64,000 nt of DNA from Octopus sinensis. Taxonomy: Eukaryota. How positions within the stretch are numbered: the stretch's first letter is position 1; the number at the start of each line of letters is the position of its first letter. Under the pieces are notes generated by a model that saw nothing but the letters and a program-made list of their open reading frames with translations, had not been told where the DNA came from and did no database searches. The stretch spans positions 45,272,464 to 45,336,463 of the forward strand of contig NC_043011.1 of the NCBI RefSeq assembly GCF_006345805.1. Direction: 5' to 3'. Shown one piece after another: positions 26,461 through 39,529 of this stretch. A program made the position numbers and the translations under genes.

Positions 26461-26676
26461 CATGAGCATTCAAAAGTTCCTGGCTTTGGGTAAAAAAAAT
26501 ACAGGAGGATCAGTTAATTATAATTTTATTCAATATATTCCCCTCTCAGGTTCACACGCTTATTGCAATGGTCCTTCAGTTTTTCTAAGCCCTATAAAAG
26601 AACTCGGCAGTTTGGACCACTAACCAGGCCTTTCGCAATACCCTTAAAACCAGGAACTTTTTAGCACTCCCTCATG
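26461..26676 (-). mobile_element. Mariner-derived MITE (related copy 52698-52917 +)
   Basis: Imperfect TIRs (aaaagttcctgg / ccaggaactttt) in a TA context. The 52.8 kb copy translates FLQGLEKLKDHCNKCVNLRGEYVE*, a mariner transposase C-terminus. Confidence 0.75.
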
Positions 26677-26701
26677 TATATATATATATATATATATATT
26701 C

Positions 26702-27290
26702 ACAATTATAAATAAGGGCAAAAGAAAAAATTTCTATGCCAATATGCTGAGAAATAGACTTTAAATCGTCAATCACCACATACTATCATCATCATCATCA
26801 TCATCGTTTAACGTCCGTTGATGATGATAGTATGTGGTGATTGATGATTTAAAGTCTATACTATATATATATCCTATAAATACCCATCGTGTTGACTTGA
26901 GGAAAGTAAGCTAACAGAATATTTTTTAAAATTCATTATCTCTGTATTGAACGATTTCGGGATTAAACCAACGGATTTTTTTCACTTGTCAGCAGAGAAT
27001 ATGATAAGAAATAAATGAAATACTTACAAGCACCCATGGAAAAAAGCAGAAGCAAAAGTCATGGGTATACATAAGTACCCCAAATATATCTAAATACACG
27101 ATATGTATTTATAGAGATATGTAATGTATGTGGTAATTGACGATTTAAAGTCTATTTCTCAGCACATTGGCATAGAAATTTTTTCTTTTGCCCTTATTTA
27201 TAATTGTTTATAATTTTCACCTTAAAAGGTATTTCAATATGCTGGCCACTTGATGAAATTTTTTGAAAAAATTTTATCCTATATTAGATA
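26702..27290. mobile_element. Fold-back insertion with nested inner hairpin, Penelope-like architecture
   Basis: 26702-26783 is the reverse complement of about 27126-27207. An inner hairpin spans about 26754-26860. A unique tail follows and both sides are (TA)n. Confidence 0.65.
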
Positions 27291-27385
27291 TATATATATA
27301 TATATATATAAATATTTATATTTATATATATATATAAAATAGTAAAATTGATAAAATGAATTTAATGAACTTTGATGAGGAGTGG

Positions 27386-27425
27386 AAAACCCAATGTTTT
27401 CGACAGAGTCAGTCTTCAGGGGAAA
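27386..27425 (-). ncRNA. Minimal hammerhead-like motif
   Basis: Minus strand reads ccc-CTGAAGA-ct-GAC tct GTC-GAAA-aca-TT-ggg. Confidence 0.45.
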
Positions 27426-27628
27426 AGTTGAAAGAAAGAAATTCCCAAGAGACGTCAAAGTTTTGCATTCTCAAAATTATATATATATAAAATAAAAAAA
27501 CAAAGCAAAAAAGTGGACTCTGTCCAAAATGTTGAGCTTTCCACACCTCACAGCAAGTTCACTACATTTTTTTTTTTACCAATTTTACTCAATAACTCTT
27601 GCCGATGCAGACCAACACCAGCCTCTTT

Positions 27629-27670
<42 letters not shown>

Positions 27671-27810
27671 TATACATGTAATATCCCTCTGCATATAAAT
27701 TTGATTTATATATCATGTTTTGAAGTAATTTATAAAATTCATCCATTTTATGCCATAAAAATATGTAAAAAAAAAAAACAAAAAAAAATAATAATTTATA
27801 AAATTATATG

Positions 27811-28043
27811 CAGGGTGGGTCAAATGTCATGCACCAAAACATTTGACATTTTATTTATATTACATTATTGTTGTTGTTATTGTTATTATTATTATTATTA
27901 CTCGTTTTGTTCATCATGTACAAGTACGCGTGTATTCATCATTAATTTATTTATTTTATTCAATTTTAGAAAAATTGAAGCATGTTTTTGGCAATTCTGA
28001 AGTGTATTGAACTTTATTGGTGCTTGACTTTTAGCCCATTCTG
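27811..28043. mobile_element. Tc1/mariner-type MITE
   Basis: Imperfect TIRs cagggtgggtcaaatgtcatgcaccaa / ttggtgcttgacttttagcccattctg, with TA on the right side. Confidence 0.65.
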
Positions 28044-28135
28044 TATGTATATGCGTGAATGTGTGTATGTATAAATATATTTATATATATATATATATAT
28101 ATATGTGCATATCCACTCATGCACACAGATACATA

Positions 28136-28169
<34 letters not shown>

Positions 28170-30628
28170 TGTATAAATGTATATTTACGTATATATAATA
28201 TCTATATATAATTTATATATATATATAATATCTCACTTAACAATATTAAAATCCATTTGTATATCATGTTTTGCAATGATTTATACAATTTATTAGCTTT
28301 GTGTTATAAAAATATGTAAAAAGAGAAAATAAAATCAAACCAAAAGATAGTTATATGTATGTATATAAATATTTGTGTATGTCTATATATTTGTTTGTGT
28401 GTGTGTGTGTGTGATTGAGATGGAGGTCAATGGAAGTTATTGAGTGATGCAACCCCTTTCAACTTAAAGGATGAACAGAGTATTAGTCACAGTAAATTGA
28501 CGTGTCGCTTTAGTTAAGATTCATTTGTTCTGAGGTCAGCTTTGGTTTTCATTTTCTCAGAATTGTAAAAAATAAAGTACTAACCAAGTACTAGGAGTTA
28601 TTCATATCAAATGACTCTTCTCTTCAAAAAAAAAAGTTGCTGGCATTGTGTCTTGATTAGCTGCATATATTAAGAACTGTACATTTTTACAGAACCATAG
28701 CTTCTGGGGCTATTCATTGCATAATTACTATTTGTTAAAAAGTGCTGCTGCAGCTACTGCCACTACCACCATCACTACAACTACCACTACTATTAATAAT
28801 AATGATGGTTTCAAATTTTTCCACAAGGGCAGCCATTTTGGGGGTGCTGGGGACGAGTCAATTATATCGACCCTCGTCTTCAACTGGTACTTGTATTACT
28901 GTTCCCGAAAGGAGTAAAAATGCAAAGTCGACCTTGGCAGAATTTGAACTCAGAACGTAACAAGGGGTGAAATATCACTAAGCATTTCATGCAGTGGGCT
29001 AATGATTCTGCCAGCTCGCCGCCTTAATAATGATAATAATAATAATACCATTGTTGTTATTGTTATTGTTCTTGCATTCATATAAAATTCCAAGGTGTTT
29101 CAAGTCTCACCCAGAGACCTCAAGTGATAGCAAGCTGGACGTTTATCATGGGTGTTATTTGTGTTTAGATAAGTTATATTGTAGGGAAGTGGAGGCGCAA
29201 TGGCCCAGTGGTTAGGGCAGCAGACTCACGGTCAGAGGATCGCAGTTTCGATTCCCAGACTGGGCATTGTGTGTGTTTATTGAGCGAAAACACCTAAAGC
29301 TCCATGAGGCTCTGGCAGGGGGTGGTGGCGACCCCTGTTGTACTCTTTCGCTCCCAACTTTCTATCACTCTTTGTTCTTGTTTCTTGAGTAACGCTGCGA
29401 TGAACTGGTGTCCCGTCCACCTGGGGGGAACACATACACCATAGAAACTGGGAAACCAGGGCCATGAGCCTGGCTAGGCTTGAAAAGGGCATATAAATAA
29501 ATAAATAAATATTGATGGGAAAGGAAACCAGATTCTGAGAACTACGATTTCTATTCCAGTTTTGAAAGGCTTTCAAGAGAAACAGGATATTCTGAGGTTA
29601 ATAGTGCTTTTCTTCAGACATAGTCAGTACCCATGAAAGCAATTTATTTTCTTCGTAGTTCTGATACATTTCTGAGACGTCTAATTCAAAATATTTGTAC
29701 ATAATATTATTTATTTCTTTATTGCCCACAGGGTGCTAAACATAGAGGGGACAAACAAGGACAGACAAAAGGATTAACTCGATTACATCGACTCCAGTGC
29801 GTAACTGGTACTTAATTTATCGACCCCGAAAGGATGAAAGGCAAAGTCGACCTCAGTGGAATTTGAACTCAGAACGTAACGGCAGACGAAATACGGCTAC
29901 ACATTTCGTCCGGCGTGCTAACGTTTCTGCCAGCTCGCCGCCTTGGATCATATTACTATGAAGGCAGCGAGCTTGCCGATTCATTAATATGCTGGGCAAA
30001 ATGCTTCTTTACTCTTTTACTTGTTTCAGTCATTTGACTGCGGCCATGCTGGAGCATCGCCTTTAATTGAGCAACTCGACCCCGGGACTTATTCTTTTGT
30101 AAGCCCAGTACTTATTCTATCGATCTCTTTTGCCGAACTGCTAAGTAACGGGGACATAAACACACCAGCATCGGTTGTCAAGCAATGCTAGGGCGACAAA
30201 CACACTCACACAAACACACACACGCATATATATATATATACATATATACGACGGGCTTCTTTCAGTTTCTGTCTACCAAATCCACTCACAAGGCTTTGGT
30301 CGGCCCGAGGCTATAGTAGAAGACACTTGCCCAAGGTGCCACGCAGTGGGACTGAACCCGGAACCATGTGGCTGGTAAACAAGCTACTTACCACACAGCC
30401 ACTCCTGCGGAATTTCGTCCGTCTTCATGTTCTGAGTTCCGAGGATGACTTTGCTTGTCATCCTTTCGAGATTGATAAATTAAGTACCGGTGAAACACTG
30501 GAGTCAATGTAATCGACTAGTCTCCTATCCCAAAATGTCAGGCCTTGGGCCTTTAGTAGAAAAGATTATTATCATTTTGTTGTGTTTAGGGATAGTCATT
30601 ATGCATGTGTTAATTATATTGGCGTTGT

Positions 30629-30999
30629 TTCAACACACGAATTCACATAAAGCATTTTGCAAACCAGATACAAAAACAAATTATTACTATTTTTATTATC
30701 ATTATTATTATTTTTCGTTTTTGGATTTGGTTTGCAAGATTCTTTATATGAGTTCGTGTGTTGAAGCATATTCTGTTGTGTCTGGGGAGAGTCATTCTCT
30801 TTTAGTACCTTATTATTTAACACACTCACCGGTAAAATTTCCACTTATTTCGTCTTTTTATTTTCCTAAAATTTTCGTTGCGTCTTGCAACCTTCGAAAA
30901 TTTTAGGAAAATAAAAAGACGAAATAAGTGGAAATTTTACCGGTGAATGTGTTAAATAATAAGGTACTAAAAGAGAATGACTCTCCCCAGACACAACAG
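30629..30999. repeat. Two adjacent fold-backs (30629-30766 imperfect, 30773-30999 near-perfect)
   Basis: About 103-bp arms ctgttgtgtctggggagag...ttttcg and cgaaaa...ctctccccagacacaacag. A single-arm relative lies at about 56002-56495, split by a SINE. Confidence 0.85.
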
Positions 31000-31859
31000 G
31001 TTATTATTATTGTTATAATTATTAGGGTTGCATATTCTGGTAGCGCTTAGCGAACTCGGCAAACCCAACGAAAATAAGAAAATTTTCTTTAAAATAATTC
31101 ACGTTGAAATTGTATTCTGTATAGAAGCAGACGAAAGATTTGGGATCTTTTCCAAGATTTGTTTTCGAGTAACGGTTATTCTAAAGTCATTGATCTATAA
31201 ATATTGTCTCTGTGACAACAACCAAATAGTAACAGAAGAAATAGAAGTTCGAAAGTATTATGGACGATAAAATGATAGAAACAATATTTAAACTTATCAA
31301 AAAGTTTGAGAATTGATGCAAGGGGAATAACGCGAGACGAAACATGGAACGGTTACTGACAAGGGAGACAATAATATACAGGGGAGGTAATGCATGACTA
31401 ATTTTTTACACTGCGCTATACAGAAGTTGGATCAATCCTGTGCGTGTATGAACAAGAAATACGTGAAGTTATAACGACGTATGGAAGCTCAATATGATCA
31501 AATGTACAAGAAGTTCACGTCGCAACTACATAGTCTCACGTTCAATCCCACTGCGTGGCGTCTTCCGCAAGTTTTGTTTTCTACTCTTTTTTTTTTTTAA
31601 ACCATGCCGCCGTTCGACGTATGTGAGGAAAATTTGGAAAGATGGAAGGCACAAGATCCCATCAGATGGATTCTACGTGTAATTCAAAAAGTTTCATCCT
31701 TGTCACAGACACATTGTGTCACACTGATTATCTCTAAGAAAATTACATTAAGGGTACATGTGTCTATAGAATACTCAGTCACAAATAAATTCAATGAGCA
31801 TGTAATTCGAGCAACCAAATCCTAATCTCCAAACGACGAAGAACCATTACACACACACG

Positions 31860-31917
<58 letters not shown>

Positions 31918-32146
31918 TGTGTGTGCGTGTTCATATATATGTGCGTGTGTGTGTTTGTGTATAAGCGGAGGCGTGGTTATGAGGTAAGAAGCTTGCTTCC
32001 CAACCACATGGTTCCGGGTTCACTCCCACTGCGTGGCACCTTGAGCAAGTGTCTTTTACTATAGCCTTGGGTTACCCAAAGCCTTGTGAGTGGATTTGGT
32101 AGATGGAAACTGAAAGAAGCCCTTCGTGTATATATATATATATATA

Positions 32147-32210
<64 letters not shown>

Positions 32211-32785
32211 TGAAGGCGCATGGCTTAGTGGTTAGGGCATTCGGCTCACGATCGTAAGGTCGCAAGTTCAATTCCCGGCGACGCGTTGTGTCCTTGAGCA
32301 AGACACTTTATTTCACATTGCTCCAATCCACTCAGCTCGCAAAAATGAGTAGTACCTATATTTCAAAGGGCCAGCCTTGTCACACTCAGTGTCACGCTGA
32401 ATCCCCCATGAACTACATGTCGTTAATTTCACGAGCTGTTCCGTTGATCGTATCATCTGGGACCCACGTCGTCGTAACTGACGGAGTACTCCTATATATG
32501 TACGTATCTATGTGCGTGTTCTTTATTTGTGCCCCGATTATTGCTTGACAACCGGTGTTGGTGTGTTTAACTTCTCCTCGTGATGTAGCGGTTCGGAAAA
32601 GGAACTGATAGAATAAGTACTAGGCTTAAAAAATAATTCCTGGGGTCGAGTTGTCCGACTAAAATCCTTCAAGGTGGTGCTCCAGCATAGCCGCTGGCAA
32701 ATGAGAGAAACAAAAGAATATATATGTATATCTATATATATGTGTGTGTATGTGTGTGTGTGTGATATATATGTATATATGTGTG

Positions 32786-32817
<32 letters not shown>

Positions 32818-32834
32818 TGTATGTATGTATATGT

Positions 32835-33030
32835 AGTTAATCCAAACGTGAAAACAGAAAGAGAAAAAACAACGCGGGGACATGGAACATAGTGTTATTG
32901 GACGCTCAGGAAAGGAAAGAAAGAAGGAGGATTTAACGTTTCGAGAGGAGCTCTTCGTCAGAAACATAGGAAAAGGAAAGATCCAAGGAAGGGAAGACGG
33001 AGAAAGAAAATCGCCAACGATACACACGCG
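32835..33030 (-). mobile_element. Dispersed element with minimal hammerhead at 32931-32966 (copies 40345-40530 -, 43140-43320 +, 51555-51725 +)
   Basis: Consensus gttt-CYGACGA-a-GAGC tcc GCTC-GAA-ACGT-T-aaac. All copies abut (TA)n or (TATG)n tracts. Confidence 0.7.
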
Positions 33031-33053
33031 GTGTGATATATATGTGTGTGATA

Positions 33054-33451
33054 TCTTTATATATAAAAGAGAGGTTGTGTGCTGTCTGTCTCCTACGATT
33101 TAGATTCCTAACTACTCCCACATTTTGCGGTGCAGTTTAACCAAAACCGGGTATCTTATAGTCGTGATTCATATCGAGCCCTTCTGGGTATTAGCGCGCG
33201 TCTACGATGAGTCTACGATTTTAAAAAAAATTACCATCAATTTTTCACATTTTTAATGCATTTTTGGCATATATAAGGGAAGTAACTCTCTAAAAATTTA
33301 TTATTAAATCTCAGAACGTAAAAAGCTATAGTAACACCCCCCACCCTTTGTGGTTAGCCATATTGAGATGGCTATTATACTTTACATCTCTAAAAATGCT
33401 TATATAGTTATTTCCCTTACAAACCCGAGCAACGCCGGGCGATACTGCTAG
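33054..33451 (+). mobile_element. Non-autonomous Helitron
   Basis: A|TC 5' end, cccgagc-aac-gccggg hairpin at 33424-33439, CTAG|T 3' end. Confidence 0.8.
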
Positions 33452-33563
33452 TGTGATATATATAAATAAAAGTGTGTGTGTGTGTGTATGCGCACGTGTG
33501 TGTGTATACTGGGTGCCCGAAATAAAAGTAAACCTTGAATGATTAAAAATTTAATTGCTTTCT

Positions 33564-33846
33564 TCATGAACACCTGGGGTCACATTGATGATGATTCTTG
33601 TCCACGCTCTGCGGATAACGCGGGGCAATGGAACCGCAAACAAGCGATACTTCATTCGGCATTTGTGGACATTTTTCTTGTTTAGTGTTCACCTTCGATT
33701 CGTCGGTTTCTAGCTGGTTTTGTATCGTAAACTTTATCATTTCAGTATCCACCCTAGAGGTGAGAAGTCCGATGAACGTGAAGGGTATTCTACTGGACCT
33801 CTTCGTCCAATCCACCCGGTCCTTCGTGATGCTACAGCAATGATGA

Positions 33847-33880
<34 letters not shown>

Positions 33881-33900
33881 GGTGGTGGTGGTGGTGGTGG

Positions 33901-33937
<37 letters not shown>

Positions 33938-33939
33938 AT

Positions 33940-33971
<32 letters not shown>

Positions 33972-34133
33972 ATGATGATGATGACGATGATGATGGTGGT
34001 GATGATGATGATGATAATGATGATGATGATGATGATGGCGGCGGCGGCGAGGACAACGATGAGGATGATGATGACGACGGTCGTGGTGGTGGTGGTGGTG
34101 GTAGCGATGACGACAATGGTGATGGTTTGTGAT
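33564..34133 (-). other. Stop-free His/Arg/Cys-rich reading frame with about 90 unique C-terminal codons (possible exon)
   Basis: 189 open codons: HHHCRHRYHHH...HCCSITKDRVDWTKRSSRIP...CDPRCS*. Possible ttgctgtag acceptor at about 33832. No homology recognised. Confidence 0.3.
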
Positions 34134-34529
34134 TTAAGCAGAAGGCCGGAATCTCTAAGGATCGATACCATCGATCCCAATATTTGACTTGTACTTTATT
34201 TCATTGACCCCCGGAAGGCTGAAAAGCAAACTTAAATTCAATGGAATTTGAACTCAGAAGATGAGGAACCGGAAGAAATACGGCAAGGCATATTTTCCGA
34301 CTTGTTAACGATTCTGGTTAGTTTCTAATTTAGGGGCACAAGGCCAGGGATATTGAGGAGAAGGGGTTAGTCGATATCATCGATCCCAATACTTGACAGA
34401 TACTGTATTCTCTTGCCCCGCGAATGGATGAAAGGCAGAGATGACTTCGGCGGGATTTGATCTCAGAACACAAATAAAAAAAACTAGAAAGAAGAAATTG
34501 TTACAGGGCAATCCCCCCCCCCCGGTGTT

Positions 34530-34593
34530 CTAACGATTCCACCGACAGCTGCAGTGGTGGGTGGTGGTGGTGGTGGTGATGGTGGTGGTGGTG

Positions 34594-34642
<49 letters not shown>

Positions 34643-34880
34643 CAGCAGCGGCAGCGGTGGTGGTGGTGGTGGTAGTGGTGGCGGCGGCAGCTGTTGTAAC
34701 AGCAGCAGCCGTAGTGACGGCGGCGGCCATGGTGTTAAGAAAAGGTGAGGAGAAAGAAAGATGAAGAGGCTGGAGCGAAGTGGAGGAGAATGAAGCGGAT
34801 GGGCGAAAAAGAGAATGATGATGATGATGATGATGACGACAGAGGAGATGATGATGATGATGATGATGATATTGATGATA

Positions 34881-34911
<31 letters not shown>

Positions 34912-35110
34912 TCATGATGATGGTCATGATAAGGAGGTCGAGGAGAAAGAGAAAAGCAGTGGCATCTCCTTAAGTACTTGGAGATGCCATCATCACCGGT
35001 TCGTGCCGATTCTGTTGTGTTGTCTGTTGAAGAGAGACAAAACATCTGTTTACTTGGCAAATGGCACGATCTTGTTTGTCCTCTCATGTAAGATCTCTTC
35101 AGTGAAGCAC
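34530..35110 (-). other. Stop-free His-rich and Thr/Ala-rich reading frame (possible exon)
   Basis: Unique segments (CHLPSKQMFCLSSTDNTTESARTGDDGISKYLRRCHC; SLFRPSASFSSTSLQP) alternate with in-frame trinucleotide runs. No homology recognised. Confidence 0.3.
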
Positions 35111-35140
35111 AATGTAATGTATGTACGCACATATATATAT

Positions 35141-35216
<76 letters not shown>

Positions 35217-35251
35217 TATATATATGTATATATATATAGGTATATATACAT

Positions 35252-35316
<65 letters not shown>

Positions 35317-35328
35317 ATATATATATAT

Positions 35329-35428
35329 NNNNNNNNNNNNNNNNNNNNNNNNNNNNNNNNNNNNNNNNNNNNNNNNNNNNNNNNNNNNNNNNNNNNNNNN
35401 NNNNNNNNNNNNNNNNNNNNNNNNNNNN
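35329..35428. other. Assembly gap (100 N)
   Basis: Run of n between a (TA)n tract and a tandem array. Confidence 0.99.
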
Positions 35429-36110
35429 TTTTTCTAAAAAAAGCACATGGCCCCTCAATATTTCTAGCACCATTGCCACCATCCAAAGCACTGTCCCCTA
35501 CTTATAATGTAATCCCTTCAGACATAGTACCTGAGTTAAATATATTTTTCTAAAAAAAGCACATGGTCCCTCAATATTTCTAGCACCACCGCCACCACCC
35601 AAAGCACTGTCCCCTACTTATAATGTAATCCCTTCAGACATATAGCACCTGAGTTAAATATATTTTTCTAAAAAGCACATGACCCCTCAATATTCCTAGC
35701 ACCATTACCACCACACAAAGCACTGTCCCCTACTTATAATGTAATCCCTTCAGACATATAGTACCTGAGTTAAATATATTTTTCTAAAAAGCACATGACC
35801 CCTCAATATTCCTAGCACCATTACCACCACACAAAGCACTGTCCCCTACTTATAATGTAATCCCTTCAGACATATAGTACCTGAGTTAAATATATTTTTC
35901 TAAAAAAAGCACATGGCCCCTCAATATTTCTAGTACCATCGCCACCACCCAAAGCACTGACCCCTACTTATAATGTAATCCCTTCAGACATAGTACCTGA
36001 GTTAAATATATTTTTCTAAAAAAGCACATGACCCCTCAATACATCACTGCCACCACCCAAAGCACTGACCCCTACTTATAATGTAATCCTGTCAGACATA
36101 TAGTACCTGC
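35429..36110. repeat. Tandem repeat, unit about 116-118 bp, about 6 copies, truncated by the gap
   Basis: Unit tttttctaaaaaagcacatg...cctacttataatgtaatcccttcagacatagtacctgagttaaatata repeated head to tail. Confidence 0.95.
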
Positions 36111-38157
36111 TTGAAATATCATGTCTTGAGAAAAATCATGCCAAACGCCACCCACCCAACCTAAATATCCAACACCCTCTTAACACCCTCTTAACACCCT
36201 CTTAACATTTGTAGCTGCTTTGTGAGCTTACAACCTTCCCACCCTTCCCAGAGGTTGCGGTGGTGGGGACTGTCACTGAAGTTGAACCCTACTGCTCTAT
36301 GTTGTCACGACCTGCTGGAAAGAACAACCAACTCTCCTTTAAATCACACCATATTGAATAAATGTATTACTGGTTACTGATTACACTGTCTCAGACACAC
36401 TTGGTGGTCACTGCTGAAATGCCTTTGGTCGGACTTGACTTGGTTCATTAAACCACCAACCACAACAACAATAGCACCAACCTGTTTTGGCTACATATGT
36501 AAGTGCTTCCGTACTCCACACTAGTTAATGCAACATGGTATTACTGTATATCTTCACGGCGAACGCTGGGCGAAATGCTTAGTGGTATTTCGTCTGTCTT
36601 TACGTTCTGAGTTCAAATTCCGTCGAGGTCGACTTTGCCTTTCATCTTTTCGGGGTCGATAAATTAAGTACCAGTTACGCACTGGGGTTGATATAATCGA
36701 CTTAATCCGTTTGTCTGTCCTTGTTTGTCCCCTCTGTGTTTATCCCCCTTGTGAGCATTAAAGAAATAGGTATTTCGTCTGCCTTTCCGTTGAGTTCGAA
36801 TTCCGCCGAAGTTGACTTTGCCTTTCATCCTTTCAGGGTCGATAAATTAAGTACTAGTTGCGTAATGGGGTCGATCTAATCGACTGCCCCCCCCTCCAAA
36901 AATTTCGGGCCTTGTGCCTAGTATAGAAAAGATTATATCATCACGACGAGGTTACACGGTATTGTATCTGCAATATTACACGGTATTGTATCTGGCAGAC
37001 ACGTTAGCACGCCAGGTGAAATGCGTAGCCGTATTTCGTCTGCCGTTACGTTCTGAGTTCAAATTCTGCCGTGGTCGACTTTGCCTTTCATCCTTTCGGG
37101 GTCGATAAATTAAGTACCAGTTACGTACTGGGGTCGATGTAATCGACTTAATCCGTTTGTCTGTCCTTGTTTATCCTCTCTGTGTTTAGCCCCTTGTGGG
37201 TAGTACAGAAATAGGTGTTGTATCTGCATAACAACGCTATTTGATACTGTATCTCTCCCTCCTTAAGCCTTCGCTCTCTATGGAGCATAGTTCATTGACG
37301 ACTTTTCTCCGCTGTTCGCGAATCTAGGCTGTTTTCTCTGCTTCTCAAAAGACTAACCACTTATTCTTCTATTGGGCATATAGGAGTTATATTAGCGGGA
37401 TTAACTAGATGTTTTATTATAGGTTGTGAGGGAGCTATATTAATAATAGTTTGTCATGGGTTGTGTTCGTCGGGAATATTTTGTGTAGGGAATTTAATTT
37501 ATGAGAAGCTTAACAGTTGAAGATTGTTTTTATGTGGAGGAATAATTAATTATAATCTGTCTTTTCTGCTTTTCCATCTCTGCTACAGTATCCGGGCTCC
37601 AATAATTTTTAGGATGTCCCTTCTTTCGTAGACCCCCGTGGGTTCCGGGTCAGAAGCTGACGTGAATTGAAGGATGTTGGTCAGAAAATAAGCCGAAGAC
37701 TCATTCTCTGTTGGTTGTTTTTTTTTATTCTTGGCCTGACCAGGAGTCTGTAAACATGTAAATTCCAGGAATACGTTTCTGTGTGTGTTTGTGTGTGTGT
37801 CTATATATTGTACGGATACATATATACATTTCCGGTCACGGCTGGGAATTATGAAAAGAGCTTTTATAATGAAATTATGAAAAGGGTTTTTATAATGAAA
37901 TTAGATTGGAGGAGCATCTTCCCGGTTTCTGCCCATTGATAGCACAATATCCTACATACATTGGAATCCGGCCATACATGCAGTATCTGGTTTAAATAAT
38001 TTATTTCTGTAAAATAAGTCACGACCCTCTATATTTCTAGAACACCCCTTTCCACCAAGGCACATATACATACATGCATGTGTGTTTGTGAGAGAGAGAG
38101 ATAGGGTCTCTGTGTATATATATAATATATATATATTATATATATATATACATATCC

Positions 38158-38555
38158 CAGGCGCAGGAGTGGCTGTATGGTGAGTAGCTTGTTTACCAAC
38201 CAAATGGTTCCGGGTTCAGTCCCACTGCGTGGCACCTTGGGCAAGTGTCTTCTACTATAGCCTCGGGCCGACCCAAGCCTTGTGAGAGGATTTGGTAGAC
38301 GGAAACTGAAAGAAGCCCGTCGTATATATGTATATATATGTGGGTGTGTATGTTTGTGGTTGTGTGTTTTGTCCCCCTAGCATTGCTTGACAACGATGCT
38401 GGTGTGTTTATGTCCCCGTCACTTAGCGGTTCGGCAAAAGAAACCGATAGAATAAGTACTGGGCTTACAAAGAATAAGTCCGGGTGTCGAGTTGCTCGAT
38501 TAAAGGTGGTGCACCAGCATGGCCGCAGTCAAAATGACTGAAACAAGTAAAAAAA
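38158..38555 (+). mobile_element. tRNA-headed SINE, family B (copies include 30005-30410 -, 41075-41491 -, 51130-51520 +, 52261-52690 +, 58790-59230 +, 61090-61665 +, 62105-62500 -)
   Basis: aggcgcaggagtggctgtgtggtaag...ggttcagtccc head, internal TA/TG microsatellite, ...gactgaaacaagtaaaagagta tail. Many near-identical copies. Confidence 0.9.
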
Positions 38556-38880
38556 GAAAAGAAATATATATATATATATATATAGTAGGAGCACTCCGTC
38601 GGTTACGGCGACGAGGGTTCCAGCTGATACAGAACAGCTTGCTCGTGAAATTAACGTGCAAGTGACTGAGTAATCCACAGACACGTGTACCCCTAACATA
38701 GTTCTCAGGGAGATTCAGCGTGATACACAGTGTGACAAGGCCGGCCCTTTGAAATACACGTGAGTGGACAGGAGCAACGTGAAATAAAGTGTCTTGCTCA
38801 AGGAAAACCACGCGTCGCCACGAATTGAATTCACAACCTTACAATCGCGAGCCGAATACCCTAACCACTAATATGTATAA

Positions 38881-39136
38881 TGTCAATAAATGTGACCAGA
38901 GTCTTAAGAAATACATTGCTAGAAATAAGAGATCTAAGATGCTCCAATGCTGTAGTTGACGAACATGAATGAAAGCATATACACTAACAGGGAGCTGAAT
39001 CCCTTTTCGGACGATTCAGGTCCCTGTTAGGGAATATGCCTTCATTTATGTTCATCAACTACAGCATTGGAGCATCTTAGATCTCTTATTTCTAGCAATG
39101 TAAGTGTTCTTAAGACTCTGGTCACATTTAGTGACA
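38881..39136. mobile_element. Fold-back element (second copy 47697-47912)
   Basis: About 120-bp inverted arms around a ccttttcggac loop, then a unique tail and (TA)n. The same hairpin recurs inside the Penelope relic. Confidence 0.8.
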
Positions 39137-39209
39137 ATTATAAATTCTCCTTTTTTGGTGAATATTGCAACCTGCTCTTTATATTAATTATATATATATA
39201 TAAATATAA

Positions 39210-39255
<46 letters not shown>

Positions 39256-39529
39256 ATATTATATATATATATATATTACATATATATATAATATATATGT
39301 AGTATGTATGTATGTATATGTCGCCGAGGTCGACTTTGCCTTTCATCCTTTCGGGGCGATAAATAAAGTACCAGTTTCGCACTGGGGTCGATGTAAACGA
39401 CTTAATCCCTTTGTCTGTCCTTGTTTGTCCCTTCTATGTTTACATATATATATGTATATGGCCGAAAACTAGCCACATGCTTGAAACTCAGAGTAGCAAG
39501 GGGCCTGAATCAAACTGTTTTGATCGATA

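Noticed and set aside
31028-31700. Coding exon in a semi-unique stretch
   Set aside because: Only short frames with no recognisable motif or convincing splice pair. Probably decayed repeat.
34745-35152. Plus-strand acidic poly-Asp protein
   Set aside because: It is an alternative reading of the same (GAT)n tract and runs into (TA)n with no stop or splice support. I cannot favour it over the minus-strand frame.
35429-36110. Repeat-spacer array or coding repeat
   Set aside because: The whole unit is repeated, unit length varies by non-multiples of three, and no hammerhead core is visible.
37260-37770. Host exon on the minus strand
   Set aside because: Multiple stops. It faintly resembles RTE and Penelope debris but is too decayed to call.
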